Below are positions 41,205 through 50,161 of a stretch of DNA of 64,000 nt, piece after piece. Position 1 is the first letter of the stretch; every line of letters begins with the position of its first letter. The notes beneath the pieces were generated by a model. It ran no database searches. It had not been told where the DNA came from and was given only the letters and a program-made list of their open reading frames with translations. This DNA is from Nitrospirota bacterium (GTDB lineage Bacteria; Nitrospirota; UBA9217). Where the stretch lies: positions 640,001 through 704,000 of the forward strand of contig CAVVUN010000015.1 in NCBI GenBank assembly GCA_963751455.1, written 5' to 3'. A program made the position numbers and the translations under genes.

Positions 41205-41789
41205 CTACTCTCCCAGGTACCTGTCCACATACTGCGCCAGGATTTCCTGGGTCTTTACGGGTGGGGGGAACGCGAAGTACGAGCAGATAACAGCATGCGC
41301 GATTTCGTGGGCAAGGACCCGGTCAGTGACGCTGTCAAGGGAGACGGCTATCGTGCGGGAAGCATGATCGTAATAGGCGGCAGGGGGCTGCCTGTTGTTG
41401 ATGAGATATGTATATGCGCGGTCGATCTCGGCCCTGGTACGGTAGACGTCTATCGAGAAGCGAAGGACCGCAGGCCGCATGCCCAGTATTTTCATTACGT
41501 CGTTCACAAGCCTGTCTACGCGTTTCGCGGCCAGCAGTGGGTCTTTTTCCGGACTTTCGAGCAGGTAGTTGAGCCCGCTTCCGATCTGGCGCGCAAACGT
41601 GAACAGGTCTTCCTGTTTCTCATAGAATACGGTCGCATACCTTGTCCTGTACGCCCTGCTCTTGTTGCCTGAATCGACTTGAGAGGGAACGAAAAGCAGG
41701 CCGATCAGGACAAAAGCAGCGAGATATCCCACCGGGCCAATAATGATATTACCGCTTCTCCAGTCTTGATGTAAATTCATGATGATCAC
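41205..41789 (-). CDS. Hypothetical membrane-anchored protein with HExxH motif
   Basis: N-terminal TM; AAYY...VLAHEIAHAV zincin-like motif. Confidence 0.65.
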   Translation of the reverse strand: MIIMNLHQDWRSGNIIIGPVGYLAAFVLIGLLFVPSQVDSGNKSRAYRTRYATVFYEKQEDLFTFARQIGSGLNYLLESPEKDPLLAAKRVDRLVNDVMKILGMRPAVLRFSIDVYRTRAEIDRAYTYLINNRQPPAAYYDHASRTIAVSLDSVTDRVLAHEIAHAVICSYFAFPPPVKTQEILAQYVDRYLGE

Positions 41790-42068
41790 AGCCCAATGAC
41801 CGGTAAACTGGATATCAGGTCAGCCGACAAAGCTCAGGCTGATTGCGGTCACAGGTGTAAATATTTCCGACATATGTTCGTTTTGTTGTATTCTCCTGGT
41901 AATTATTATATCGAGCAAAGCAATTGTTGGTGTGTTATTACGCATTGAGCTTGTGCCTCTTTCCTCCTTGAATCCATCCGAACACCACTGTATTATGTAA
42001 TACAATAGAGAAGATATCTTTGCTGTTTATTCCGGACCGAGCGGATCCAAGCGCGATGGAGTTTCAAC

Positions 42069-42704
42069 ATGAACCATCTGAATTTTATCTTCGTGTTTAT
42101 GGTTGCTTTAACGGGAGAAGCCGCTAGTGACGCAGGCGCGGCCATTGAAGTCAGAATGGACAATGCCGGTATCACCGGAAAAAACAAAGTTCTCGCTCCC
42201 AGGCTTATAGAAAAAATAGAATTCTACGAGGTATGCGGAAGCTGCGAAAAAGACCTGCAGTGCGACTTGACGAAAAAAGCCATCAAGTGCAGCGACGGGA
42301 AAAAATACGATTCGGTTACCGACTGGAAGTTGACGTGGGAATATGGCTATACCAGGACGCGCAGGACATGTCTCGTGGACTCATTCAGGGTTACCGCAGA
42401 GATTACCACCCGTCTTCCGAAATGGGCGGCTCCAAATGATGCTCCGGTGAGCCTGATTGAAAAATGGAACAGCTATTTGACCAGTCTGATGCTTCACGAA
42501 AAAGGGCACCGCGACAGGACTGTTGAGGCCGCACATGATCTTACCAAGGCCGTGGCGGTCCTGCCTGCTGCAGCGATTTGCGCGGACGTGGACCGGGATG
42601 TGGGCGGGCTTATCCGGTTTCATAAAGAAAAGCTTATTCTGGAGCAGAAGGAGTATGACGCGGTAACGCTCCACGGCCACACCGAAGGCGTTAGTTTTCC
42701 ATAA
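42069..42704 (+). CDS. DUF922-like predicted secreted Zn-dependent protease
   Basis: Signal peptide; W-rich core, LPKW, HEKGH and YDAVTLHG. Confidence 0.8.
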   Translation: MNHLNFIFVFMVALTGEAASDAGAAIEVRMDNAGITGKNKVLAPRLIEKIEFYEVCGSCEKDLQCDLTKKAIKCSDGKKYDSVTDWKLTWEYGYTRTRRTCLVDSFRVTAEITTRLPKWAAPNDAPVSLIEKWNSYLTSLMLHEKGHRDRTVEAAHDLTKAVAVLPAAAICADVDRDVGGLIRFHKEKLILEQKEYDAVTLHGHTEGVSFP

Positions 42705-42740
42705 AAAACAGGCTGCGATTGCAGCCTGGACTAATGCCCG

Positions 42741-42773
42741 CTCTCTATCCCCCGTTGAAGGGGAATAGAGAGG
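42741..42773. terminator. Hairpin between convergent genes, possibly a bidirectional terminator
   Basis: ctctctatcccc-loop-ggggaatagagag. Confidence 0.5.
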
Positions 42774-42805
42774 GTTTATATTGTTAGATTAACCTGAGTG
42801 AATTC

Positions 42806-43189
42806 CTACGAGCCAATATCGAACGTGTCATATGATCTTCCTGCGAAATCCGTGATGCCGTTATACGGCTGGGCTGCCGATTCGTCTCTCCGGAGACCTC
42901 CCGCGCTTGTTCCTTCCACGGAGGAGATATCCGCTCCTGAGATATCAAATGTGTCATATGACCTGCCCGTAAAATCCGTAACGCCGTTAGAAAGCTCCAT
43001 CATGGAGGCGTCTTCCCGTAACCCCCCTGCGCTGGCTCCCTCTACCGACGAACCTCCGTTCCCAATGTCAAACGTGTCGTACGACTTGCCGGAAAAATCA
43101 GTAACGCCGTTATTCAGTTCAGCAGCATAGGCGGTCCCGAGAGTAAGAGTGAACGCTATTGCGATCATCAGAATATTTATCTTCTTCAT
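42806..43189 (-). CDS. Small secreted protein with 2.5 tandem ~41-aa repeats
   Basis: Signal peptide MKKINILMIAIAFTLTLGTAYA; NG(V/I)TDFxG(K/R)SYDTFDI three times; aagggg RBS. Confidence 0.75.
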   Translation of the reverse strand: MKKINILMIAIAFTLTLGTAYAAELNNGVTDFSGKSYDTFDIGNGGSSVEGASAGGLREDASMMELSNGVTDFTGRSYDTFDISGADISSVEGTSAGGLRRDESAAQPYNGITDFAGRSYDTFDIGS

Positions 43190-43344
43190 TGTATGCCCCT
43201 TTCTTTGTGATTCTCCGTATCCTTACTACAGTATACCATATCAGGATAAAAACTGTCCTGATTGGTAATGGATGAAAATTCTGCCTTGTCCCTTCAGGGG
43301 CATGCGCTAACGCAGGAATGAAGAAGGCCTTGTTTGGTGTTATC

Positions 43345-43370
43345 CTAAGTGTAGGATATCCTACACTTAG
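43345..43370. promoter_or_regulatory. Perfect 26-bp palindrome, probable activator/operator site
   Basis: ctaagtgtaggatatcctacacttag equals its own reverse complement. Confidence 0.6.
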
Positions 43371-43456
43371 TCAAGCAGACAGTTCAGAGTTTCGCCTAAT
43401 TCCATATTGTCTGTATCTAAGTTATTGTTATTTAATGAGATTAGTGCAGCAATTTA

Positions 43457-43472
43457 TGGCCTAGCCATTGCA
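43457..43472 (+). promoter_or_regulatory. sigma54 (-24/-12) promoter of the RND efflux operon
   Basis: TGGCctagccaTTGCA has GG and GC 12 bp apart; IHF-like taagttattgtta at ~43418. Confidence 0.65.
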
Positions 43473-43495
43473 ATACTTTCCTATAGGAGGTTACC

Positions 43496-44749
43496 ATGCG
43501 TGTTCTGTTTATTGCAATGCTGCTCGCTTTTGCAGCGTCGCCGCTTCCTGCTGAAGAGGCCATGATTACTCTGCAAGACCTGGAGAAGGAGGCGCTCGCC
43601 AACAATCCGGAAATTCTCATGGCGGCAAAGAATGTTGAAGCGGCGGAAAAGCGCGTGACAGTGGCTTCGGCGTTGCCTGACCCTATGATCGGCTACGAGG
43701 TGCAGAACGTCGGCAAACTAAACGATCTGACCATCGGCCAGGAAGAGATGAGCATGAGGGGCATTGTCGTTACGCAGGAAATCCCTTTTCCGGGGAAGCG
43801 TTCGACCATGGGACGGGCAGCAGAAAAGGCGGCCGGGAGGGAACAGCAGAACCTGCGCGAGATGAGGCTAAAGGTCCTGAACAACCTTCGCGCCTCGTAC
43901 TATGGATACTACCTCGCATACCGCTCTGCCGAGATCCTGGAGCAGAACAAGGAGGTCATGAAAAATTTTCAGCGTATCGCGGAGACGCGATACGCCACGG
44001 GCCAGGGTATCCAGCAGGATGTGCTGCGGGCGCAGCTCGAAGTATCGATGCTGCTCGAAAAACTGGCCATGGAAGCGCAGAAGAAAGAAGCGCAGCGCGC
44101 AATGATCAACAATTTCCTTGGCAGAAATCCGCTGGCGCCACTCGGCAAGCCATCGGATAGGCTCAAGACCGCATATGCGGCCAATCTTGACGATCTTGCC
44201 TCACGGGCGGTTTCCCATGCACCGTCCGTGCTTGCGGGACAGAGAATGGTAGAGATGAACGAAGCGGAGCTGTCGCTCAGCAGGTTGGAGTTTCTGCCTG
44301 ACTTTACCGTGTCCGCGGGACGGTTCAGCCGGGGCGACATGACCGACTTCTGGCAGGCGAGCGTGATGGTGAAGGTCCCTCTCTGGTTCTGGAACAAGTC
44401 AGCGGCTGTGAAGGAATCGGCGGCAGAGTTGAGCGCCAGCCGGCATGAGTATGAAGCGCGGAAGCTCATGCTCCTCTCGAAGGTAAAGGACCAGTATACC
44501 ATGGCAAAGACGTCGGAGCAGCTCTTGGGTCTTTACGAGGCGGGCATCATCCCCCAGGCGCAGATGGCGCTCAGGTCGGCCACTTCGAATTATCAAGTCG
44601 GTAAGATCGATTTCCTGATGCTCCTGGACAGCCAGGCGCTTCTGTTCAAATACCAGCTAGCGTACGAGCAGGAACTGGTGAACCTGAATAAGACGATATC
44701 CATGATTTCCGAAATTACCGGAGAAGGAGACCCACTTGATGCAAAATGA
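43496..44749 (+). CDS. TolC-family outer-membrane factor of a heavy-metal RND system (CusC-like)
   Basis: Signal peptide, ALANNPE, LPDP, QEIPFPGK and YQVGKIDFL. Confidence 0.9.
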   Translation: MRVLFIAMLLAFAASPLPAEEAMITLQDLEKEALANNPEILMAAKNVEAAEKRVTVASALPDPMIGYEVQNVGKLNDLTIGQEEMSMRGIVVTQEIPFPGKRSTMGRAAEKAAGREQQNLREMRLKVLNNLRASYYGYYLAYRSAEILEQNKEVMKNFQRIAETRYATGQGIQQDVLRAQLEVSMLLEKLAMEAQKKEAQRAMINNFLGRNPLAPLGKPSDRLKTAYAANLDDLASRAVSHAPSVLAGQRMVEMNEAELSLSRLEFLPDFTVSAGRFSRGDMTDFWQASVMVKVPLWFWNKSAAVKESAAELSASRHEYEARKLMLLSKVKDQYTMAKTSEQLLGLYEAGIIPQAQMALRSATSNYQVGKIDFLMLLDSQALLFKYQLAYEQELVNLNKTISMISEITGEGDPLDAK

Positions 44750-44900
44750 AAATTGCAAAATGAAAAATGCAAAATTGAGTTCGCGGTTCAGTTTGCAGTT
44801 TGCAATTTGCACAGCCTGCACTCACCCTGTACTCGCGCATGCACTCGTAAACACCGGGCGCAGGCTCGTTATCGCTGGGTGCAAGTCTTTGCAATTTGCA
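44739..44900. repeat. Inverted heptamer hairpin with a doubly nested REP-like element, inside the cusB 5' end
   Basis: caaaatg-aaaattg-caaaatg-aaaaatg ... tttgcag-tttgcaa-tttgcac-[44815-44885]-tttgcaa-tttgcaa. Confidence 0.8.
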
Positions 44901-46124
44901 ATGGCCGCGCTGCTTTTTTTTGCTGCTGCGGCCTTCGCCCAGGATCATGCAGGCCATGCGGGCCCTTCTTCGGTACAGGACGCGCCCGCGATAACCGAGC
45001 ATCCCGCGGGGCATGAGCCGTCTCCCGCACCCAAAAAAGAACCGAAGCAGCAGAAAAAGAGCAAAGACAAGACAGCGGTGAAGAAGGAGGCCCCGGCAAG
45101 CCAGGCCCCGGTCACCATAACCGTTAGCGAAGAAAAGCGCCAGCTCATCGGCGTGCGCACAGCCGTGGCCGCTGTCCGCCAGATCGGGAGCCGGATCCGG
45201 ACCGTGGGCAAGGTTGACGTGGATGAGACAAGGCTCGCCTTCGTGAACACGAAGATCGCGGGTTGGGTACGCAAACTCCATGTAGATTACACCGGAAAAG
45301 AGGTAAAAAAAGGAGAGCCGCTCCTGTCCATTTACAGCCCCGACCTTCTCTCCGCCCAGGAAGAATATCTCCTGGCCCTGAAAACGGTTAAGCGTTCCTC
45401 CGTTACTTCCGATTTTCCTGAGTTGGCCGAGTCCCAGGACACTCTTCTCGAATCCGCGAAGCGGCGGCTCCTGCTGTGGGACATAACTTCCGAGCAGATA
45501 GCCGAGCTTGAGAAGACCGGCAAGCCCCGGACCGAGATGACGATCCAGGCGCCTATCGACGGCATCGTGCTCGAGAAGATGGTCCTTGATGGCGCCTATA
45601 TCATGCCCGGGATGAACCTTTACAAGATCGCCGATCTTTCAACCGTCTGGATCCTCGCGGACGTGTATGAATACGAAGTGCCCCTCGTTCGTGTCGGACA
45701 GACGGCGCAGGTGGACCTGTCGTACAATCCGGGCAGGCCGTTCACAGCGAGGGTCAGTTACATCTATCCGACAGTGGACCCCATGACGAGAACCGTGAAG
45801 GTGCGGCTCGAAGTGGGCAATGCCGGCATGATGCTCAAGCCGGACATGTTCGCGAATGTGGAAATTGCATCGGGCGCAGGAGCCAGGTTGGCAATCCCGA
45901 CAGAGGCCGTTCTGGACGCCGGTCCACGGAAGATCGTGTATGTCGAGAAGGACCCCGGCGTGTATGAAATGCGGGATGTGACGCTCGGTGTCCGCGGCGA
46001 AGGGTATGTGGAAGTAGTCAAGGGCGTTAAAAAAGGCGAGCGTGTCGTGACATCCGGGAATTTCCTGCTCGATTCCGAAAGCCAGCTGAGGGCAGGACCG
46101 TCGGGGGGAGGACACCAGCATTAA
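44739..46124 (+). CDS. cusB: Heavy-metal RND periplasmic adaptor (CusB-like)
   Basis: KIAGWVRKL, YSPDLLSAQEEY, IADLSTVW, LKPDMF and GNFLLDSES; His-containing termini. The N-terminal ~54 aa derive from repeats. Confidence 0.88.
   Translation: MQNENCKMKNAKLSSRFSLQFAICTACTHPVLAHALVNTGRRLVIAGCKSLQFAMAALLFFAAAAFAQDHAGHAGPSSVQDAPAITEHPAGHEPSPAPKKEPKQQKKSKDKTAVKKEAPASQAPVTITVSEEKRQLIGVRTAVAAVRQIGSRIRTVGKVDVDETRLAFVNTKIAGWVRKLHVDYTGKEVKKGEPLLSIYSPDLLSAQEEYLLALKTVKRSSVTSDFPELAESQDTLLESAKRRLLLWDITSEQIAELEKTGKPRTEMTIQAPIDGIVLEKMVLDGAYIMPGMNLYKIADLSTVWILADVYEYEVPLVRVGQTAQVDLSYNPGRPFTARVSYIYPTVDPMTRTVKVRLEVGNAGMMLKPDMFANVEIASGAGARLAIPTEAVLDAGPRKIVYVEKDPGVYEMRDVTLGVRGEGYVEVVKGVKKGERVVTSGNFLLDSESQLRAGPSGGGHQH
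44815..44885. mobile_element. REP-like element containing a second copy of itself
   Basis: Outer cctgcactca...ctcgttatcgctgggtgcaag; inner ccctgtactcgcgcatgcactcgtaaacaccgggcgcagg at 44825-44864. Confidence 0.65.
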
Positions 46125-46134
46125 GTAGCATTAA

Positions 46135-46223
46135 GTTTATCGGTTTTTCTGGTTTGTCTCGTTCATCTTGTTAACGCCGAAACCAAATAAACCATACAAA
46201 CCAAAACAAACCCAACAAACAGA
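46135..46223. repeat. Inverted 9-nt tandem-repeat hairpin (TTTRTYYGG type)
   Basis: tttatcgg-tttttctgg-tttgtctcg-ttcatcttg ... aaaccaaat-aaaccatac-aaaccaaaa-caaacccaa. Confidence 0.8.
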
Positions 46224-46239
46224 TTTATCCGGAGTAATC

Positions 46240-49200
46240 ATGTTAGCTAAAATCATAGATCTCTCGGCACGAAACAAATTCCTCGTGTTTATCGCGGTAG
46301 TCTTTCTGATCGCATGGGGTGTCTGGGCGGTCTACAACACGCCGCTGGACGCGATCCCTGACCTCTCCGATGTACAGGTGATCGTCTATACCGAATGGAC
46401 CGGCAGGAGCCCGGACCTGGTTGAGGACCAGATCACCTATCCGATCGTGTCCACGCTGCTGGCAGCGCCGAAAGTAAAGGTGGTGCGCGGCAAGTCCTTT
46501 CTCGGGGTCTCTTTTGTCTATGCGATCTTTCAGGACGGCACCGATATCTATTGGGCCCGAAGCCGCGTGCTGGAGTACCTCCAAGGCGTTACCGGGAGGC
46601 TGCCCTCGGGCGTGATCCCGGTGCTCGGCCCCGACGCCACCGGCGTGGGCTGGGGGTTCCAGTACGCGCTCGTGGATGAAACCGGCAAGCACGATCTCGC
46701 GCAGCTTCGCTCGCTTCAGGATTGGACGCTCAAATACGCCCTTGCATCGGTGCCGGGCGTATCCGAAGTGGCGAGCGTAGGAGGTTTCGTAAAGCAGTAC
46801 CAGATCACTGTGGAACCGAATAAGACCCACGCCTACAACCTGTCCCTGATGAAGATCATGGAAGCTGTCCGCAGAAGCAACAGCGATGTCGAGGGCCGCG
46901 TAATCGAATGGTCCGGCAGGGAGTACATGATCAGGGGCCGCGGCTACATCAAAGACAAGACCGATGTCGAAAAGATCGTCGTCGGCAGCAATAAAGGCAC
47001 TCCCATTCTCCTCCGTGATGTCGCCGCGGTTCAACTAGGGCCTGAGATGCGGCGGGGCGCAGGCGAGCTCGACGGCAAAGGAGAGACCGTCGGCGGCATT
47101 GTAGTCGTCAGATTCGGTGAAAATGTGCTCGGCGTGATCGAGCGGGCGAAGGAAAAGATTAAAGAGATCGAGCAGACCCTGCCTGAGGGAGTAAAGATCG
47201 TTACGACGTATGACCGGTCCGAACTCATTCACCGTTCAGTGGACACGCTTCGTGAAGAAGTGATCAAGCTGGGAGTCGCCGTTAGTGTCGTGTGCATTAT
47301 TTTTCTCTTCCATCTTCCAAGCGCTCTTGTCGTTATTCTGACCCTTCCGATCGCAATTCTTATCTCATTCATCTGTATGTACTATTTGGGGATCAGTTCG
47401 AACATCATGAGTCTCTCCGGCATCGCGATAGCGATCGGCGCCATGGTAGATGCGTCGATCATCATGGTGGAGAACGCTCATAAAAAACTTGAGGATTGGG
47501 ACATGGGCAAGAGTCACGGGTCGAGGGTAGACGTGATTATCGATGCGGCTAAGGAAGTGGGGCCTTCGCTGTTCTTCTCTCTTTTGGTCATTACCGTCGG
47601 GTTTCTGCCCGTGTTTACGCTGGAGGAGCAGGCGGGGAGATTGTTCAAGCCTCTCGCGTATACAAAGACGTTTTCAATGTTGTTTGCCAGCTTTCTGGCG
47701 ATCACACTCACGCCGGTGCTGATGACGCTTCTCATCAGGGGCAAAATCACGCACGAGGATCATAATCCGATCAGCCGTTTCCTCATCAGGATCTATCATC
47801 CCGTTGCGGAATTTTCATTGAAATACAGAAAACTGGTCATCATTGCCGCTATTGTGATCGTAATTGTCACAGTTTTTCCGTTCTCGAAGCTCGGTTCTGA
47901 ATTCATGCCGCCACTCTACGAGGGGACCCTCCTGTTCATGCCGTCGGCGCTTCCGGGCGCTTCGATAACGACCGTAACCGACGTGCTCCAGGCGCAGGAC
48001 CGTATTTTGAAAGAGTTCCCCGAGGTGGAACGGGTCTTCGGTAAAGCAGGTCGCGCCGAAACGCCCACGGACCCGGCGCCGCTTGAGATGTTCGAGACCA
48101 ATGTAACGATGAAACCCATGAACGAGTGGCGGCCCCAGTTCAAAAAAATGGAGGACCTGCGCGACGAGATGGACAACGCGCTTACAATGCCCGGCATTGC
48201 CAATACGTGGACCATGCCGATCATCGGCAGGATCGACATGCTTTCCACGGGGATCAGAACTCCCTTAGGCATCAAGATCTTCGGTCCCCGTCTTGACGAG
48301 ATAGAGCGGATCGGCCTGGACGTGGAGCAGACCATCCGGAACGTGCCGGGCACGCGGGGCGTCTATGCGGAACGGGCCAATACCGGTTACTTCCTCGACT
48401 TTACGATAAAACGGGATGAGATCGCCCGCTATGGCCTTACGATCGATGATGTTCAGGGCATCATTCAATCATCCATAGGCGGCATGAATCTTACCACTAC
48501 CGTGGAGGGAAGGGAGCGGTATCCCGTAAATATCCGCTACCCGCGTGAACTTCGGGATGATGTCGAGAAACTGCAACGGGTCCTCGTGCCGCTCATGGAC
48601 GGCAATCATATTCCCCTGGTGCAGCTTGCCGATATCAAGGTAACACGGGGCCCCGGCCTGATCCAGAGTGAAGGCGGAAGGCTTACGGCGAATGTCACGC
48701 TCCACATCGCAGGCAGCGATTTCGGCGGGTACGTGAAAACCGCGCAAAAGGCCATTGCCGATAACGTAAAACTGCCTGCAGGGTACTCGTTGAAATGGTC
48801 TGGCCAATACGAGTACATGGAGAACGTAAAACAGAAGCTTTTTTATGTTATCCCTCTTACGCTCCTCATTATCATCGTACTTATATACATCAATACCGGT
48901 TCATGGACGAAGACCTCAATCGTGCTGCTAGCTGTTCCGTTCTCGCTGGTCGGCACGGTCTGGCTGCTGTACTTGCTTGGGTACCACATAAGCACAGCGG
49001 TCTGGGTTGGCGTTATCGCGCTGGCCGGCTTGGATGCCGAGACCGGGATCGTGATGCTCCTCTACCTCGATCTGTCATATAACCGTGGCGTCAGGAAGGA
49101 CGGATCAGCACACTCAGGGACATCGAAGACGCAGTCATGGAGGGCGCGGTCAAGCGGATCCGGCCCAAAATCATGACCGTCTCGGTGATCCTGGCCGGGC

Positions 49201-49367
49201 TCGTCCCGATCATGTTCTCGACGGGGACCGGCGCGGACGTGATGAAGCGGATCGCCGCACCCATGGTCGGCGGCGTGGTGACATCCACAATCCTCGAACT
49301 TATCATTTATCCTGCGATTTATGTGATCTGGAAGGAACGGGAGCTGAGAAAAGTGCGTGAGGCGTAA
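46240..49367 (+). pseudogene. cusA: CusA/CzcA heavy-metal RND permease, frameshifted near 49085 (mutation or sequencing error)
   Basis: LDAIPDLSDVQV, GPDATGVGW, EFMPPLYEG and DPAPLEMFE. The C-terminal EGAVKRIRPKIMT...KRIAAPMVGG lies in another frame. ATG 46240 follows ggag. Confidence 0.9.
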
Positions 49368-49380
49368 AGAAGTATACAGT

Positions 49381-49470
49381 CATCTGGTTTGTTTGGTTAA
49401 TTTAGTTTATTTGGTTAGTGGTTCCTATATTCCAAACCAGATAAACCAGTTAAACGACACAAACCATTAA
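49381..49470. repeat. Inverted 9-nt tandem-repeat hairpin between convergent genes
   Basis: atctgg-tttgtttgg-ttaatttag-tttatttgg ... aaaccagat-aaaccagtt-aaacgacac-aaaccatt. Confidence 0.8.
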
Positions 49471-50145
49471 TTACTTCGTTTTCGGTGCGCGCGCCGCGTC
49501 GAAGCGTTTGAGGTAATCGCTGCACATCCGGTCCGCGTCGCAGCCGAGCGCTTTTGCATACAACGTCAGGAACCCGCGCGTGTAGGGCCGGACCGGAAGC
49601 TTCTCAAAATTTTCTTCCTCGATCAATTCCAGATACCGGATCCCGACCTTCGTTATGTCCGCAATGTTCCGCAGGGTCATCCCGCGTTGTTCCCGCAGCA
49701 TCTTTATGGCGCTGCCCGAAAATTCCGCTATAAATTGAGAGACGACCGATTCTCCGGATTTCGACCTGTCCGTGCCGGCCGGCTCGCAGGCATTTGTGCC
49801 GACAAAGCGATTTTCCGAGGGAAGAGAGAATGAAGACTGCACGACCTGCGGCTGGTATTTGGGGGCCGGCGCCGGCGTCTCTTCAGGAAGCTCTTCTCGG
49901 CGAGACTGCAGCTTAGCGTCGTACCTTCTCCGGTTATCCTCATACAACAGCGTGCGGTATGCCTCCTCGATGCGCTGATGTATGGCTGTCGTTTCTTCCG
50001 CATTGAAGAGCGAATAAAGGGCGATCGAGTTCGGATCATACACCCGCCGGATCCGCTCGTACGCCTTGTGAATTTCCTGGGGGGATGATGCGGGACTCAC
50101 TTCCAGCAGTTCGTAATAATTCAGGTCTTCAATTTTTTTAACCAT
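49471..50145 (-). CDS. J-domain-like / C-terminal HTH (RodZ-type) protein
   Basis: NYYELLEV...IHKAY with HPD replaced by DPN; LREQRGMTLRNIADITKVGIRYLELIEE...RGFLTLYAKALG. Confidence 0.8.
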   Translation of the reverse strand: MVKKIEDLNYYELLEVSPASSPQEIHKAYERIRRVYDPNSIALYSLFNAEETTAIHQRIEEAYRTLLYEDNRRRYDAKLQSRREELPEETPAPAPKYQPQVVQSSFSLPSENRFVGTNACEPAGTDRSKSGESVVSQFIAEFSGSAIKMLREQRGMTLRNIADITKVGIRYLELIEEENFEKLPVRPYTRGFLTLYAKALGCDADRMCSDYLKRFDAARAPKTK

Positions 50146-50161
50146 GGACCGGCTTCCTCTT

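Noticed and set aside
42798-43130. Plus-strand ORF with SNVSYDLP repeats
   Set aside because: It is the antisense shadow of the minus-strand repeat protein, which has the RBS and signal peptide.
42806-43130. CRISPR array suggested by the ~125-bp periodicity
   Set aside because: The repeats vary at synonymous codon positions, lack unique spacers, and have no cas genes nearby; they are coding repeats.
46168-46239. N-terminal extension of CusA (PKPNKPYKPKQ)
   Set aside because: It is the nonamer repeat arm; the RBS supports ATG 46240.
49075-49100. Programmed ribosomal frameshift in cusA
   Set aside because: No slippery X XXY YYZ sequence at the site, and I know no precedent in RND pumps.
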